Counted from the stretch's first letter, positions 34,808-44,785 are shown. The stretch: 64,000 bases of DNA from Alphaproteobacteria bacterium (GCA_965227515.1 CBDDFZ010000001.1:352001-416000); one strand, 5' to 3'. Notes: a model not told the origin generated them from the letters alone. Translations and numbers: made by a program.

Positions 34808-36865
34808 TCAGATCGGCCTGGTCGCCTGCTCCAGCCACTGCTGCACCTCGTCGTCGACCAGCGGCGCCACCACTTGGCGCACCCGCGCGTGATAGGTGTT
34901 CAGCCAGTCGCGCTCCGCCGGGCTCAGCATATCGGCCACCACGCAAGTGAGGTCGATGGGCGCCAATGTCAAGGTCTCGAAGGCCAGCATCGGCCGCTCG
35001 GCAGCGTCGTCGCCATTCTCCACCACCGCCACCAGGTTCTCGATTCGGATGCCGTAGGCGCCCTCCTTGTAGTAGCCGGGCTCGTTGGAGATGATCATGC
35101 CCGGCTGCAGGGCGACCGCGTTCGGCATCTTCGAAATTCGCTGCGGGCCCTCGTGGACGCTCAGATAGCTGCCGACGCCGTGGCCGGTGCCATGGTCGTA
35201 GTCCAGCCCGGCCCGCCACAGCGGCATCCGCGCCAGGGTGTCGAGCTGGGAGCCGGTGGTGCCGACGGGAAACCGCGCCATGGCCAGGGCTATGTGGCCC
35301 TGCAGCACCCGGGTGAAGCGATCGCGCATCTCATCGCTCGGCGTGCCGATGGCCATGGTGCGGGTGATGTCGGTGGTGCCGTCCAGATACTGCGCGCCGC
35401 TGTCGACCAGCAGCAGCGAGCCCTGGTCAAGCGGGCGGTTGGTCGCCGGGGTCGAGCGGTAGTGGATCACGGCCCCGTTCGGCCCGGAGCCGGCGATGGT
35501 GTCGAAGCTGGGCTGCTGGATATAGGCCCCTTCGGCGCGGAAGGCCGCCAGGCGGTCGACCGCGCCAAGCTCGTCGATGCCGCCCTGGGCGCCCTCGCTG
35601 GCGATCCAGTGCAGGAAGCGGGTAACGGCCGCGCCGTCGCGGCGGTGGCTGGCGCGCATGCCGTCCAGCTCGACCTTGTTCTTGCAGGCTTTCGGCAGCA
35701 GGCACGGGTCCGCCGCGGCCACGATGCGGCCACCCTTCGCCTTCAGCCGCTCGAATACCCAGCCGGCGGCGGTCTGCGGATCGGCGCGGACCACCGCACC
35801 GGCCTCGGCCAGATCGTCCAGCGCCGGGGCCAACGCCGCGCGCGGTTGCAGCGCCACCGCATTGCCCAGGTGCGCGACCAGGTCCGGGCTCGCCTTGCGC
35901 TCGTCGGTGTAGAGCGCGATCGAGCCGTCGTCGCGCAGGATCGCGAACGACAACGGCAGCGGCGTGTTCGGCACGTCGGCACCGCGCACGTTCAACAGCC
36001 AGGCGATGGATGCCGGGTCGGTCAGCACCACGGCCTGCTGGCCGGCGGCGGCAAGCTGCTCTGCGATCTCCGTGCGCTTCTCCGCGCTCGAGCGGCCGGC
36101 GAACTGCAACGGGTGCGGCACGATCGGGCTGACCGGGGTCGCCGGCTGGTCGTCCCACACCGCATCCAGCGGGTTGTCGTCGACCAGCACCAACTCGGCG
36201 CCGGCCGCCTGGCAGGCCTTCTGCCAGCGCCCGATGGTCGCGCCGGTATGCAGCCAGGGGTCGAGGCCCAGGCGGTCGCCCGGCTTGAGCGCGCCGCGCA
36301 CCCAGTCCCACGGCGGTGTCTCGATCAGGTGTTGCGGGTCGTAGGCGCCCATGTCGACCTGCTTGCGAACCTGCAAGGTGTAGCGGCCGTCGACGAAGAT
36401 GCCGGCGCGGTCCGCCAGCACGACCGCGACGCCGGCCGAGCCCGAGAAGCCGGTCAGCCAGAGCAGGCGCTCCGCGTTCGCCGGCACGTACTCGCCCTGA
36501 TGCTCGTCGCTGCGCGGCACCACGAAGCCGGTCAGCCCGCGCCGGCCGAGTTCGGCGCGCAACGCCGCCAGCCGCGCCGCGTGGGCCGCCTGGTCGCCGC
36601 CAATGGCGTGCTCCACGGTGCCCGCGATCTGCGCCCGCATGCGCTCCAGTTCCGCCGAAAGCTCCGGCTGACGGTCGACATCCAGTCCGGCGTCGACCAG
36701 CCGCAGCCAGTCGTCGGTCGGCGGCGGCGGCGCGGCGGCGATGCCCTGCAACAGGTCCACCACCTCGTCCAACGGCCGCTGGATGCCGGCCTCCTTCAGC
36801 AGGCGGTCGAGCTGGGCGCGGTCGGGCGTCGACAATTGGCCGTCAGGCATCGCGGGCGTGTCCAT
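34808..36865 (-). CDS. pepP: Xaa-Pro aminopeptidase (M24B) with N-terminal extension
   Basis: DEHQGEY, TGFSGSAG, DSGAQYLDGTTDITRT, HGTGHGVG, SNEPG and GIRIEN; start may instead be 36850. Confidence 0.9.
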   Translation of the reverse strand: MDTPAMPDGQLSTPDRAQLDRLLKEAGIQRPLDEVVDLLQGIAAAPPPPTDDWLRLVDAGLDVDRQPELSAELERMRAQIAGTVEHAIGGDQAAHAARLAALRAELGRRGLTGFVVPRSDEHQGEYVPANAERLLWLTGFSGSAGVAVVLADRAGIFVDGRYTLQVRKQVDMGAYDPQHLIETPPWDWVRGALKPGDRLGLDPWLHTGATIGRWQKACQAAGAELVLVDDNPLDAVWDDQPATPVSPIVPHPLQFAGRSSAEKRTEIAEQLAAAGQQAVVLTDPASIAWLLNVRGADVPNTPLPLSFAILRDDGSIALYTDERKASPDLVAHLGNAVALQPRAALAPALDDLAEAGAVVRADPQTAAGWVFERLKAKGGRIVAAADPCLLPKACKNKVELDGMRASHRRDGAAVTRFLHWIASEGAQGGIDELGAVDRLAAFRAEGAYIQQPSFDTIAGSGPNGAVIHYRSTPATNRPLDQGSLLLVDSGAQYLDGTTDITRTMAIGTPSDEMRDRFTRVLQGHIALAMARFPVGTTGSQLDTLARMPLWRAGLDYDHGTGHGVGSYLSVHEGPQRISKMPNAVALQPGMIISNEPGYYKEGAYGIRIENLVAVVENGDDAAERPMLAFETLTLAPIDLTCVVADMLSPAERDWLNTYHARVRQVVAPLVDDEVQQWLEQATRPI

Positions 36866-37778
36866 ATCCGTTGGGGGGGCGCATCGTACCATGCGGGCGG
36901 TGCATCACCAGAGTCACCCAGTCGTCGATGGTTTGGCGCCCCAGGGGATGTGGCATCGGCAGCAGGCCGTGACGGCGATAGGCCAACTGCACGCGCCGCG
37001 CCTGCCACGTCAGGAAGCCGGACAGGACCAGCGTGCCGCCCGGCGCCACGGCGGCGGAGATATCGCGCGCCATCTCGCGCAGGGGGCGGGCCAGAATGTT
37101 GGCGACGATCAGGTCCCATTGCCTGTCGCGGCCGAGCGGCCGCCGGGCCACCGAATGCCCGACGCGCAGCCGCAGCCACGGCGCCATGCCGTTGACCTGG
37201 GCGTTCTCGGCGGCCACCGCGACCGAGACCGGGTCGATATCGACGCCCCACACCGGCTGGCGCCACAGATGCACCATCGCCATCGCCAGCACCGCGGTGC
37301 CAGTGCCGAGGTCGAGCTGGCGAAGCGGACGCCGGCGTTTAGCCAGCCGCTCCAGCGCCAGCAGGCAGCCAAGCGTGGTCGGGTGCTCGCCGGTGCCGAA
37401 GGCGGCCCCCGCCTCCAGCCGGATCGCGCGGTCGCTGGCGCGCCTGAGCCCCCGGTCATGGGCCGGGTGGATGACGAAGCGGCCGATCCGGCGCGGCTTG
37501 AACGACTTCAGGTTCTCCGCCACCCAGTCGACATCGGGCAGGGTTTCGACATCGAGCGCGGGCGGGTCGTCGCCGGTGGAGGCCGCGGCCAGGGCCGTCA
37601 ACGCATGAACGTCGGCCACTGCCTCGGCCGGGATCGCGATGACCTCGACCCGCCACGGCCCGCCCGGCGACATCTCGAACGCGCTGACCGCGCCGCCCAG
37701 GTCTTCCAGGGCCTCCGACAACGCCGGCACCATCTCGGCCGGCGCGGTCATGCCGACGGCAACGCGGCGGTCTGGCAT
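36843..37778 (-). CDS. prmA: Ribosomal protein L11 methyltransferase
   Basis: DWV, AFGTGEHPTT, LDLGTGTAVLA, ANILA and LSG. Confidence 0.88.
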   Translation of the reverse strand: MPDRRVAVGMTAPAEMVPALSEALEDLGGAVSAFEMSPGGPWRVEVIAIPAEAVADVHALTALAAASTGDDPPALDVETLPDVDWVAENLKSFKPRRIGRFVIHPAHDRGLRRASDRAIRLEAGAAFGTGEHPTTLGCLLALERLAKRRRPLRQLDLGTGTAVLAMAMVHLWRQPVWGVDIDPVSVAVAAENAQVNGMAPWLRLRVGHSVARRPLGRDRQWDLIVANILARPLREMARDISAAVAPGGTLVLSGFLTWQARRVQLAYRRHGLLPMPHPLGRQTIDDWVTLVMHRPHGTMRPPNGYGHARDA

Positions 37779-37798
37779 CTCTGTGGTGTCCGGTGCGG

Positions 37799-40117
37799 TC
37801 AGGCGTGCGCGGCGGGGATGACGAAGCGGGCCAGCACCCGCTTGTCGCCGGCCTTCTCGAAGCTGACCGCCAGCTTGTCGCCCTCCACGGCGGTCACCAG
37901 GCCATAGCCGAACTTCTGGTGGAACACGCGCGCGCCCTCGGCAAAACCGGTGTCCGGCTCGGCGTCTTCGATCACTGTCGCCACGCCCTCGATCTCCGCC
38001 GGCGCAGCGCGCCGCGCCATGCCCGGGCGCTGGCGCATGTGGTCGTAACGCTGACCGGGCGCAGAGGTACGGCCACCGCGCCGCCAGATCGGGCCCCAGT
38101 CGGTCGTCCGCACCCCACCGGCGTCGAACGCCGCGTTGGCCTCGCCGAAACCGGGCACAGCGCCGACCGTCAGGCCGTCGGTGCCGATCTGGCGGGTGTG
38201 GTCGTCCGGCAGCTCGTCGATGAAGCGCGACGGCATCGCGCTCTGCCACAGATTGTTGATCCGCCTGCTGCCGGCATAGGACACGTACGCACGTACACGC
38301 GCACGGGTGAGGCCGACGTACGCCAGCCGGCGCTCTTCCTCCAGCGACTTCAGCCCGCCCTCGTCCAGCGCGCGCTGGTGCGGGAACAATCCTTCCTCCC
38401 AGCCCGGCAGGAACACCGTGTCGAACTCCAGCCCCTTGGCCGAGTGCAAGGTCATCAGGCTGACCATGTCGCCGCCGCTGGCCTCGCCCTGCTCCGCGAC
38501 CAGGCTGACATGCTCCAGGAAGCCCGCCAGCGTGTCGAACTCCTGCATCGCGACGATCAGTTCCTTCAGGTTGTCGAGCCGGCCCGGCGCGTCGGGCGCC
38601 CGGTCGGCCTGCCACATGGCGGTGTAGCCGGATTCGTCCAGCACCAGGGCAGCCAGTTCGTCATGGGCCATGGTCTCGGCCATGGCGCGCCAGCGGTCGA
38701 AGTCCTGCACCACGCCGGCGAACGCCTTGCGCGCCCGCGACGGCAGCTCGTCGGTCTCGACCAGGGCGCGGATGGTGGCCAGCAACGGCTGTTGCAGCTC
38801 GCGCGCGGTCTGGTGCATCTGCGCCAGGCTGGTCTTGCCGATGCCGCGCTTGGGCGTGTTGATGATGCGCTCCAGGGCCAGGTCGTCGTCGGGCTGGGCA
38901 ATCACCCGCAGGTAGGCGAGCGCATCGCGGATCTCCAGCCGCTCATAGAAGCGCGGCCCGCCGATCACGCGATAGGGCAGGCCCAGCGTCAGGAACCGTT
39001 CCTCGAACTCGCGGGTCTGGAAGCTGGCGCGGACCAGGATCGCGATCTCGTTCAGCGCATGGCCGTCGCGCTGCAGCCGCTCGATTTCCTCGCCGATGGT
39101 GCGCGCCTCGTCCGGCCCGTCCCAGGTGCCGCGCACGGTCACCTGCTCGCCGGTGTCCTGCTCGGTCCACAGGGTCTTGCCAAGCCGCCCCTCGTTGTTG
39201 GCGATCACGCCGGCCGCCGCCCCCAGAATGTGGCCGCCGGAACGGTAGTTCTGCTCCAGCCGGATCACCGTGGCGCCGGGGAAATCCTGCTCGAACTTCA
39301 GGATGTTGCCGACCTCGGCGCCGCGCCAGCCATAGATCGACTGGTCGTCGTCGCCGACGCAGCAGATGTTCTTGTGGCCCTGGGCCAGCATGCGCAGCCA
39401 CAGATACTGGCTGACGTTGGTGTCCTGATATTCGTCGACCAGCAGATAGCGGAACCGCTGCTGGTACTCGGCCGCCACGTCGGGGAAATTCTGGAACAGG
39501 GTCAGATTGTGCAGCAGCAGGTCGCCGAAGTCACAGGCGTTCAGGGTCTTCAACCGCTCCTGATAGGCGGCGTAGAGAGCGGTGATCTTGCCCTCGGCGA
39601 TATCGCCAGCCTCGGCCGCGCCGATCCGGTCCGGGGTCAGGCCGCGATCCTTCCAGCGCTGGATCACGCCGTTGATCAGCCGCGCCGGCCAGCGCTTGTC
39701 GTCGATATTCGCGGCCTGGATCAGTTGCTTCAGCAGCCGATGCTGGTCGTCCATATCCAGGATGGTGAAGGTCGGCGTGAGCCCGATCAGGTCGGCGTGG
39801 CGGCGCAGGATGCGCGCGCCCAGCGCGTGGAAGGTGCCGAGCCACCACCCCTCGACCGAGCGGCCGAGCATCGCGCCGACCCGGTCCTTCATCTCCCGCG
39901 CCGCCTTGTTGGTGAAGGTGACGGCCAGGATCTCACCCGGCCGCGCACTGCCGGTGGCCAGGATGTGGACCAGCCGGGTGGTCAGCACCCGGGTCTTGCC
40001 GGTGCCGGCCCCGGCCAGCACCAGCACCGGGCCGTCGACGGCGGCCACAGCGGAGCGCTGCATCTCGTTCAGGCCGGCGAAATAGGGCGGCTGCGGGGCT
40101 GTGAGTTCGGCTGACAT
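37799..40117 (-). CDS. uvrD: UvrD/PcrA DNA helicase
   Basis: AGAGTGKT, TFTNKAA, VDEYQD, GDDDQSIY, LEQNYRS, HSAKGLEF and EERRLAYV; C-terminal Tudor-like domain. Confidence 0.95.
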   Translation of the reverse strand: MSAELTAPQPPYFAGLNEMQRSAVAAVDGPVLVLAGAGTGKTRVLTTRLVHILATGSARPGEILAVTFTNKAAREMKDRVGAMLGRSVEGWWLGTFHALGARILRRHADLIGLTPTFTILDMDDQHRLLKQLIQAANIDDKRWPARLINGVIQRWKDRGLTPDRIGAAEAGDIAEGKITALYAAYQERLKTLNACDFGDLLLHNLTLFQNFPDVAAEYQQRFRYLLVDEYQDTNVSQYLWLRMLAQGHKNICCVGDDDQSIYGWRGAEVGNILKFEQDFPGATVIRLEQNYRSGGHILGAAAGVIANNEGRLGKTLWTEQDTGEQVTVRGTWDGPDEARTIGEEIERLQRDGHALNEIAILVRASFQTREFEERFLTLGLPYRVIGGPRFYERLEIRDALAYLRVIAQPDDDLALERIINTPKRGIGKTSLAQMHQTARELQQPLLATIRALVETDELPSRARKAFAGVVQDFDRWRAMAETMAHDELAALVLDESGYTAMWQADRAPDAPGRLDNLKELIVAMQEFDTLAGFLEHVSLVAEQGEASGGDMVSLMTLHSAKGLEFDTVFLPGWEEGLFPHQRALDEGGLKSLEEERRLAYVGLTRARVRAYVSYAGSRRINNLWQSAMPSRFIDELPDDHTRQIGTDGLTVGAVPGFGEANAAFDAGGVRTTDWGPIWRRGGRTSAPGQRYDHMRQRPGMARRAAPAEIEGVATVIEDAEPDTGFAEGARVFHQKFGYGLVTAVEGDKLAVSFEKAGDKRVLARFVIPAAHA

Positions 40118-40341
40118 CGGCTCCTCGGGAGTCTTGGAACAAACATGCGACTCCGCATCGGTGAGGGCAACACTACCGTGTTTCACCGCCGCACCACACC
40201 ACCTTGTCAGCCTTGACCGAGGCACAAGTAGATGGGCTAACGGCCCTTGTTTGGTGGCGTGCATGAGTGGTCGTCCCTCAAGATGTCGGTGTCATACACG
40301 GAGTCGGGTTTGCCGCTCCAAGACATCGAGGAGAGACGACC

Positions 40342-41385
40342 ATGAACTACTATGCCGGGATTGACGTTTCTTTGGAATGGTCATCGGTGTGCGTTGTTGA
40401 CGGCGCGGGCGGGATTGTCTGCGAGGCTCGTATTGCGAGCACGCCGGCGGGTTTGTTGTTGTGGTTTGGGTCTTTGGGGATTTCGGTTGAGCGGATTGGT
40501 CTTGAGGCGGGGCCGTTGTCGCAATGGCTTGTGCGGGGATGTAGCGAGGGCGGTCTTTCGGTTGAGTTGCTGGAGACGCGTCATGTTGCGCGAGCGCTTT
40601 CGACGATGCCGGTGAAGTCGGACCGCTCGGACGCACGCGGGATTGCTCAGCTGATGCGTGTGGGCTGGTTTCGTCCGGTTCACTGCAAGTCTTTGGCGGC
40701 CCAGGAGATGCGGGCCCTTTTGAAGGGTCGCGACCAGCTCCGCGCGAAGCTGCACGATCTTGAGATGCACCTTCGTGGTCAGCTGCGGAACTTCGGGCTG
40801 AAGGTAGGGCACACCACCAGGCGCAGCTTTTCGACACGTATTTCGGAGCTTGTGGCGGGGCATCCGGTACTGGAGGCGGTGGCGGGGGCGCTGCTGTCGG
40901 CACGCGATGGCCTGTTGCTATCGTTCACGGCGCTGGACCGGCAGGTCCGGGCGGCGGCGCAGGCCGACGATCGCGCTCGCCTGCTGATGACGGTGCCGGG
41001 CGTGGGGAGCATTGTCGGACTGACCTACTTGTCGGGAGTGGACGACCCCGGGCGGTTTGCCTCGTCGCGCCTGGTGGGTGCGCACTTCGGCCTGACGCCG
41101 ACCAAGCGCCAGTCGGGCGAGAGCGAGGTGATGGGGCGGATATCGAAGGTAGGGGACGCCGATGTGCGCTCGGCCCTCTATGAGGCGGCACACGTGGTTC
41201 TGACCCGGCCGATCGAGGGCGGCTGGCTGAAGAGCTGGGCGATGAAGCTGGCCAGGCGTGCGGGCATGAGGAAGGCGAAGGTCGCGCTGGCGCGCCGGCT
41301 CGCCGTGATCATGCACCGGATGTGGGTTGACGGCACACCGTTCAACCATGCCGGACCGGTGCGCCCGGCGATGGCGACAGCATGA
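40342..41385 (+). CDS. IS110-family DEDD recombinase/transposase
   Basis: GIDVS, LEAG and KSDRSDA RuvC-like DEDD motifs; VPGVG; GLTP..QSG catalytic Ser domain. Confidence 0.95.
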   Translation: MNYYAGIDVSLEWSSVCVVDGAGGIVCEARIASTPAGLLLWFGSLGISVERIGLEAGPLSQWLVRGCSEGGLSVELLETRHVARALSTMPVKSDRSDARGIAQLMRVGWFRPVHCKSLAAQEMRALLKGRDQLRAKLHDLEMHLRGQLRNFGLKVGHTTRRSFSTRISELVAGHPVLEAVAGALLSARDGLLLSFTALDRQVRAAAQADDRARLLMTVPGVGSIVGLTYLSGVDDPGRFASSRLVGAHFGLTPTKRQSGESEVMGRISKVGDADVRSALYEAAHVVLTRPIEGGWLKSWAMKLARRAGMRKAKVALARRLAVIMHRMWVDGTPFNHAGPVRPAMATA

Positions 41386-41399
41386 TGGCCGCGGCATAA

Positions 41400-41625
41400 G
41401 GAGAACCGACACACGAGCTTCGACGGGCACCGACACCGGCCCGTCGAGCGCCGTCCCGCGCCGGGACGATGGATCAGGTCAGGCCGCCATCCGGGATGTC
41501 GCCTCGCATGAGAGCACGCTTCCGTAGATTGGACCGACCGATCCTCGCATATCCATCTTGGCGGCGGCCCTGCGCCGACCCCGTACAGAAGCATGACCCA
41601 GGCGCCGGGACGACGAAAAAGGGAT
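41400..41625 (+). ncRNA. Putative bridge/seekRNA of the IS1111-type element (boundaries approximate)
   Basis: About 260-nt structured 3' non-coding end containing short matches to the donor junction (TACAGAAG, CCATCTT) and to the REP target (CCGTAG, CCATCCGGG). Confidence 0.55.
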
Positions 41626-41650
41626 TGACCAACAATGGCCCGTTACAGAA

Positions 41651-41704
41651 GCCTGGGTGAAACGAAGTGGAACCCGGGTTTCGCTACGCTCCACCCGGGC
41701 TACG
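41651..41704. repeat. GTAG REP dimer; its GTAG tag is displaced to 40228-40231 by the IS110 element
   Basis: GCCTGGGTGAAACGAAGTGGAACCCGGG...CCACCCGGGCTAC, similar to the REP at 22841. Confidence 0.8.
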
Positions 41705-41708
41705 TCAA

Positions 41709-42623
41709 TCAGCCCTGCAGCAGCCCGTTCGCCTTCAGGAACGCCGCGAGCTTGGCGTGCTGGGCGTCGGTCAGCGGCCAGCAGGCCGGCGGGCGGGTGG
41801 ACCCGCAATCATTGCCGATCAGCTTCAGCGCCGCCTTCACCCCTGGGACGTTGGCGCCGCCCATCTCCTCGGCGCGGATTTCCTCGAACGCCTTCATGCC
41901 GGCGATCAGCGCGCGCGCTTCGGCGTAGTCGCCCGCCTCCAGCGCGGTGTTGATGGCGACGCTGCGCGCCGGCCACACATTGATCAGCCCGGAGGTGAAG
42001 CCGCGCGCGCCGACGGCATAGAACGCCGGCGCCCAGACCTCGGCCAACCCACCGACCCAGACGATATCGGGGTCCCAGGCGGCGATCGCCTCGGCCAGCT
42101 TCAACGGGTTGGGGGTTGCCCACTTGACCCCGATCACGCCGTCGACCGCGCAAAGGTCGGCGATGGCGCGGGTGCCGATGGCGTCGTTGCGCAGGTAGAG
42201 CATGATCGGCAGGCCGCCGCCGGCATCCGCCACCCGCCGGGTGTAGTCGACCAGCCCGCGCGGCGACACGAACGGGTCCGGCGGCTGGTGGATCATCAGC
42301 GCGTCGGCACCGGCCTCGACCGAGGTGCGCGCGAGCCGGCAGGCATCGCCGATGCTGCGACCGACACCGGCGATCAGCGGTGCCCGGCCGGCCAGATGGG
42401 CCGCTGTCGCGCGCACCATCGCCTCCGCCTCGTCGGTGGTCAGGGAGTAGAACTCGCCGGTGTTGCCGTTGATCACCGGCAGGTGCACGCCGGCCGCCAA
42501 TGCGCGGTCCAGCACCGGTTCCTGCAAGGTCGGCGCGATCAGCCCGTCGCCATCGAATGGCGTCACCAGAATGCCGGACACACCGGTCAAAGCCGCGCGC
42601 AGGCGCGCCGTGTCTTCGCCCAC
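41709..42623 (-). CDS. Dihydrodipicolinate synthase (DHDPS/NAL) family protein
   Basis: VTPF, NGNTGEFYSLT, MLY and GVKW; GTG start inferred. Confidence 0.88.
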   Translation of the reverse strand: MGEDTARLRAALTGVSGILVTPFDGDGLIAPTLQEPVLDRALAAGVHLPVINGNTGEFYSLTTDEAEAMVRATAAHLAGRAPLIAGVGRSIGDACRLARTSVEAGADALMIHQPPDPFVSPRGLVDYTRRVADAGGGLPIMLYLRNDAIGTRAIADLCAVDGVIGVKWATPNPLKLAEAIAAWDPDIVWVGGLAEVWAPAFYAVGARGFTSGLINVWPARSVAINTALEAGDYAEARALIAGMKAFEEIRAEEMGGANVPGVKAALKLIGNDCGSTRPPACWPLTDAQHAKLAAFLKANGLLQG

Positions 42624-42724
42624 CGAATTCCTCCCAGGTTTCTTGTTTGGCCGCGATTGGCCTTGCCGCCGACCCGGCCGCAGCGCCATAATCGGGCATC
42701 CGGAAAACAGGATCAATTGGGCGA

Positions 42725-43693
42725 ATGCCCATCCGTCGCCGCTGCGCTGCGCGCGAGCGAACGCAACCGGGGGAGGACCGAGCCATCAACACCGAACAAG
42801 CACTCCGCGAAGTCGGCATCACGGAACTGGAGCTTCGCCCGGAGGAAAAGAATTCGTTCGACGAGAACGGTTTCTTCGTCACCGAGGACGTGTTTACGCC
42901 CGAAGAGGTGGAGATCATGCGCAACGAGTTCGACCGGCTGATCGAACTCGAGGGCGATTTCGGCGGGCATGAGGTCCACATCGAACCGGGGGCGCCGAGG
43001 CTGGCCAACCTGTTCAACAAGTCGCCCGAATTCGACCGACTGCTGAAGTGCCGGCCGACGCTGGTGGCCGCGCACTACCTGCTGGGCGAAATCCACACCT
43101 ATTCGCTGAACGGCCGCAACCCGCTGAAGGGCCAGGGCCAGCAACCGCTGCACTCCGACGTCCCACGGCAGTACCCGGACGACTGGCGCGCCATCAACAC
43201 CATGGTGATGCTGGACGACATGACCGAGGACAACGGCCCGACCCGCGTGGTCCCCGGCTCGCACCTCTGGTCGCCGGTGAACGTGCCCGACGTCAATCTG
43301 CTGCCGGGCGAGACACCGGTGTTCGACCCGGCGTTCGCGGACAAGATCCCCGAGGATCCGCAGGCGCCATATCCGGGCGAAGCCTACCTTACCGGGAAGG
43401 CGGGCTCGGTCGGCGTCACCAATGGCTGCGTATGGCACGGCGGCACCGCCAACAGGTCCGGCAAGTCGCGCCGGGTGCTGCACCTGGCCTTCGGCCGCCG
43501 CGACATCACGCAACAGACCATCGAGCGCGACCACCTGACCGACAGCCTGGCCGCGCGCGCCTCCCCGGCGATGCGCTACCTGCTCGACATCGAGGGCGCG
43601 GAGGTGAAGGTGCACGGCTACCCGCCGCTGCCGACCAAGGCCGAATCCTGGTCCTATCTCAACCAGCAGGGCGAACGCGTGCTGCAGCGCTGA
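42725..43693 (+). CDS. Phytanoyl-CoA dioxygenase (PhyH) family Fe/2OG oxygenase
   Basis: FDENGF, LHSD (HxD), NGPTRVVPGSH and WHG..N.S...R; start uncertain (see findings). Confidence 0.85.
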   Translation: MPIRRRCAARERTQPGEDRAINTEQALREVGITELELRPEEKNSFDENGFFVTEDVFTPEEVEIMRNEFDRLIELEGDFGGHEVHIEPGAPRLANLFNKSPEFDRLLKCRPTLVAAHYLLGEIHTYSLNGRNPLKGQGQQPLHSDVPRQYPDDWRAINTMVMLDDMTEDNGPTRVVPGSHLWSPVNVPDVNLLPGETPVFDPAFADKIPEDPQAPYPGEAYLTGKAGSVGVTNGCVWHGGTANRSGKSRRVLHLAFGRRDITQQTIERDHLTDSLAARASPAMRYLLDIEGAEVKVHGYPPLPTKAESWSYLNQQGERVLQR

Positions 43694-43708
43694 GCGGGGC
43701 GCGGCGAC

Positions 43709-44785
43709 ATGCCTGATATCGACGCCGGCGGGCTGGAGCGCCTGGTCGCCGGCATCTTTGCCGGTGCCGGCTGCCCGGCGGCCGAAGCCGCCACCGTGGC
43801 CGGGCACCTGGTGCTCTCCAACCTGGTGGGGCACGACTCCCACGGCGTGATCCGGGTCGGGCCTTATCTGGAGTGGCTCGACAAGGGCATGGTGCGCGCC
43901 GGCCAGACCCCGACAGTGGCGTTCGACAGCGACGTCGCGGCGGTGGTGGACGGCAATCTCGGCTTCGGACAGGTGACCGGCGAGACGGCGGTCGACACCG
44001 GTGTCGGAAAGGCCCGCGCGCGCGGCATCAGCATCGTCGGCACCCGCAATGCCGGCCATCTCGGGCGCATCGGCCATTGGGCCGAGCGCGCGGCCGCCGC
44101 CGGCATCATCTCCATGCACTACGTCAACACCTCGGGCTTCGGCATCCTGGTCGCCCCGTTCGGCAGCACCGAGGTGCGCATGTCAGCCAACCCGATGGCG
44201 TTCGGCGCGCCGCGTACGGCAATGGGCAGCCAGGAGGCGGGCCCGCCCATCATCCTCGACATCTCCACCGCCGCCATCGCGGAGGGCAAGATCAAGGTCG
44301 CGCGCGCCGCCGGCACCGAATTGCCGCCGGGCACCGTGGTCGATGCCGATGGCAAGCCGACCCGCGACCCGAACGCGTTCTACGGTCCGCCGCGCGGCGC
44401 GATCCTGCCGTTCGGCGGCCACAAGGGTCACGGGCTTTCGATCATGATCGAGCTTCTGGCCGGCGCACTGACCGGCGGCGGCACCACCGACCCGGACGGC
44501 GCGACCGCCAACGCGCTGGTCAACAACATGCTGTCGGTGTTCATCGCGCCCGAGGTGATGGGCACCCAAGGCGTGCTGGCCGACGAGACCGAGAAACTGG
44601 TCGCCTGGGTGAAGAGCGCGAGCCCGGCGACGCCCGGCGGCGAGGTACTGATGCCGGGCGACATCGAGCGCGCGACCGCCGCCCGGCGCCGGGCCGAGGG
44701 CATCCCGCTGGCCGACGACACCGTCGCCGAACTGCGCGCCGCCGCCGAACGTTTCGGCGTTGATGCGACAGTGTTGGGTGGCTAG
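43709..44785 (+). CDS. Ldh_2 family (malate/lactate/ureidoglycolate) dehydrogenase
   Basis: GHDSHG, DGNLGFGQ, HLGRIG, NPMAFG, GGHKG and MPGD. Confidence 0.9.
   Translation: MPDIDAGGLERLVAGIFAGAGCPAAEAATVAGHLVLSNLVGHDSHGVIRVGPYLEWLDKGMVRAGQTPTVAFDSDVAAVVDGNLGFGQVTGETAVDTGVGKARARGISIVGTRNAGHLGRIGHWAERAAAAGIISMHYVNTSGFGILVAPFGSTEVRMSANPMAFGAPRTAMGSQEAGPPIILDISTAAIAEGKIKVARAAGTELPPGTVVDADGKPTRDPNAFYGPPRGAILPFGGHKGHGLSIMIELLAGALTGGGTTDPDGATANALVNNMLSVFIAPEVMGTQGVLADETEKLVAWVKSASPATPGGEVLMPGDIERATAARRRAEGIPLADDTVAELRAAAERFGVDATVLGG

Larger units (their letters stand above)
40232..41651 (+). mobile_element. IS110-family (IS1111-type) insertion sequence inserted in a GTAG REP
   Basis: Imperfect sub-terminal IRs TAACGGCCCTTGTTTGGT / ACCAACAATGGCCCGTTA; AG core at both junctions; removing the element restores GTAGCCTGGGTGAAACG. 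Confidence 0.85.
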
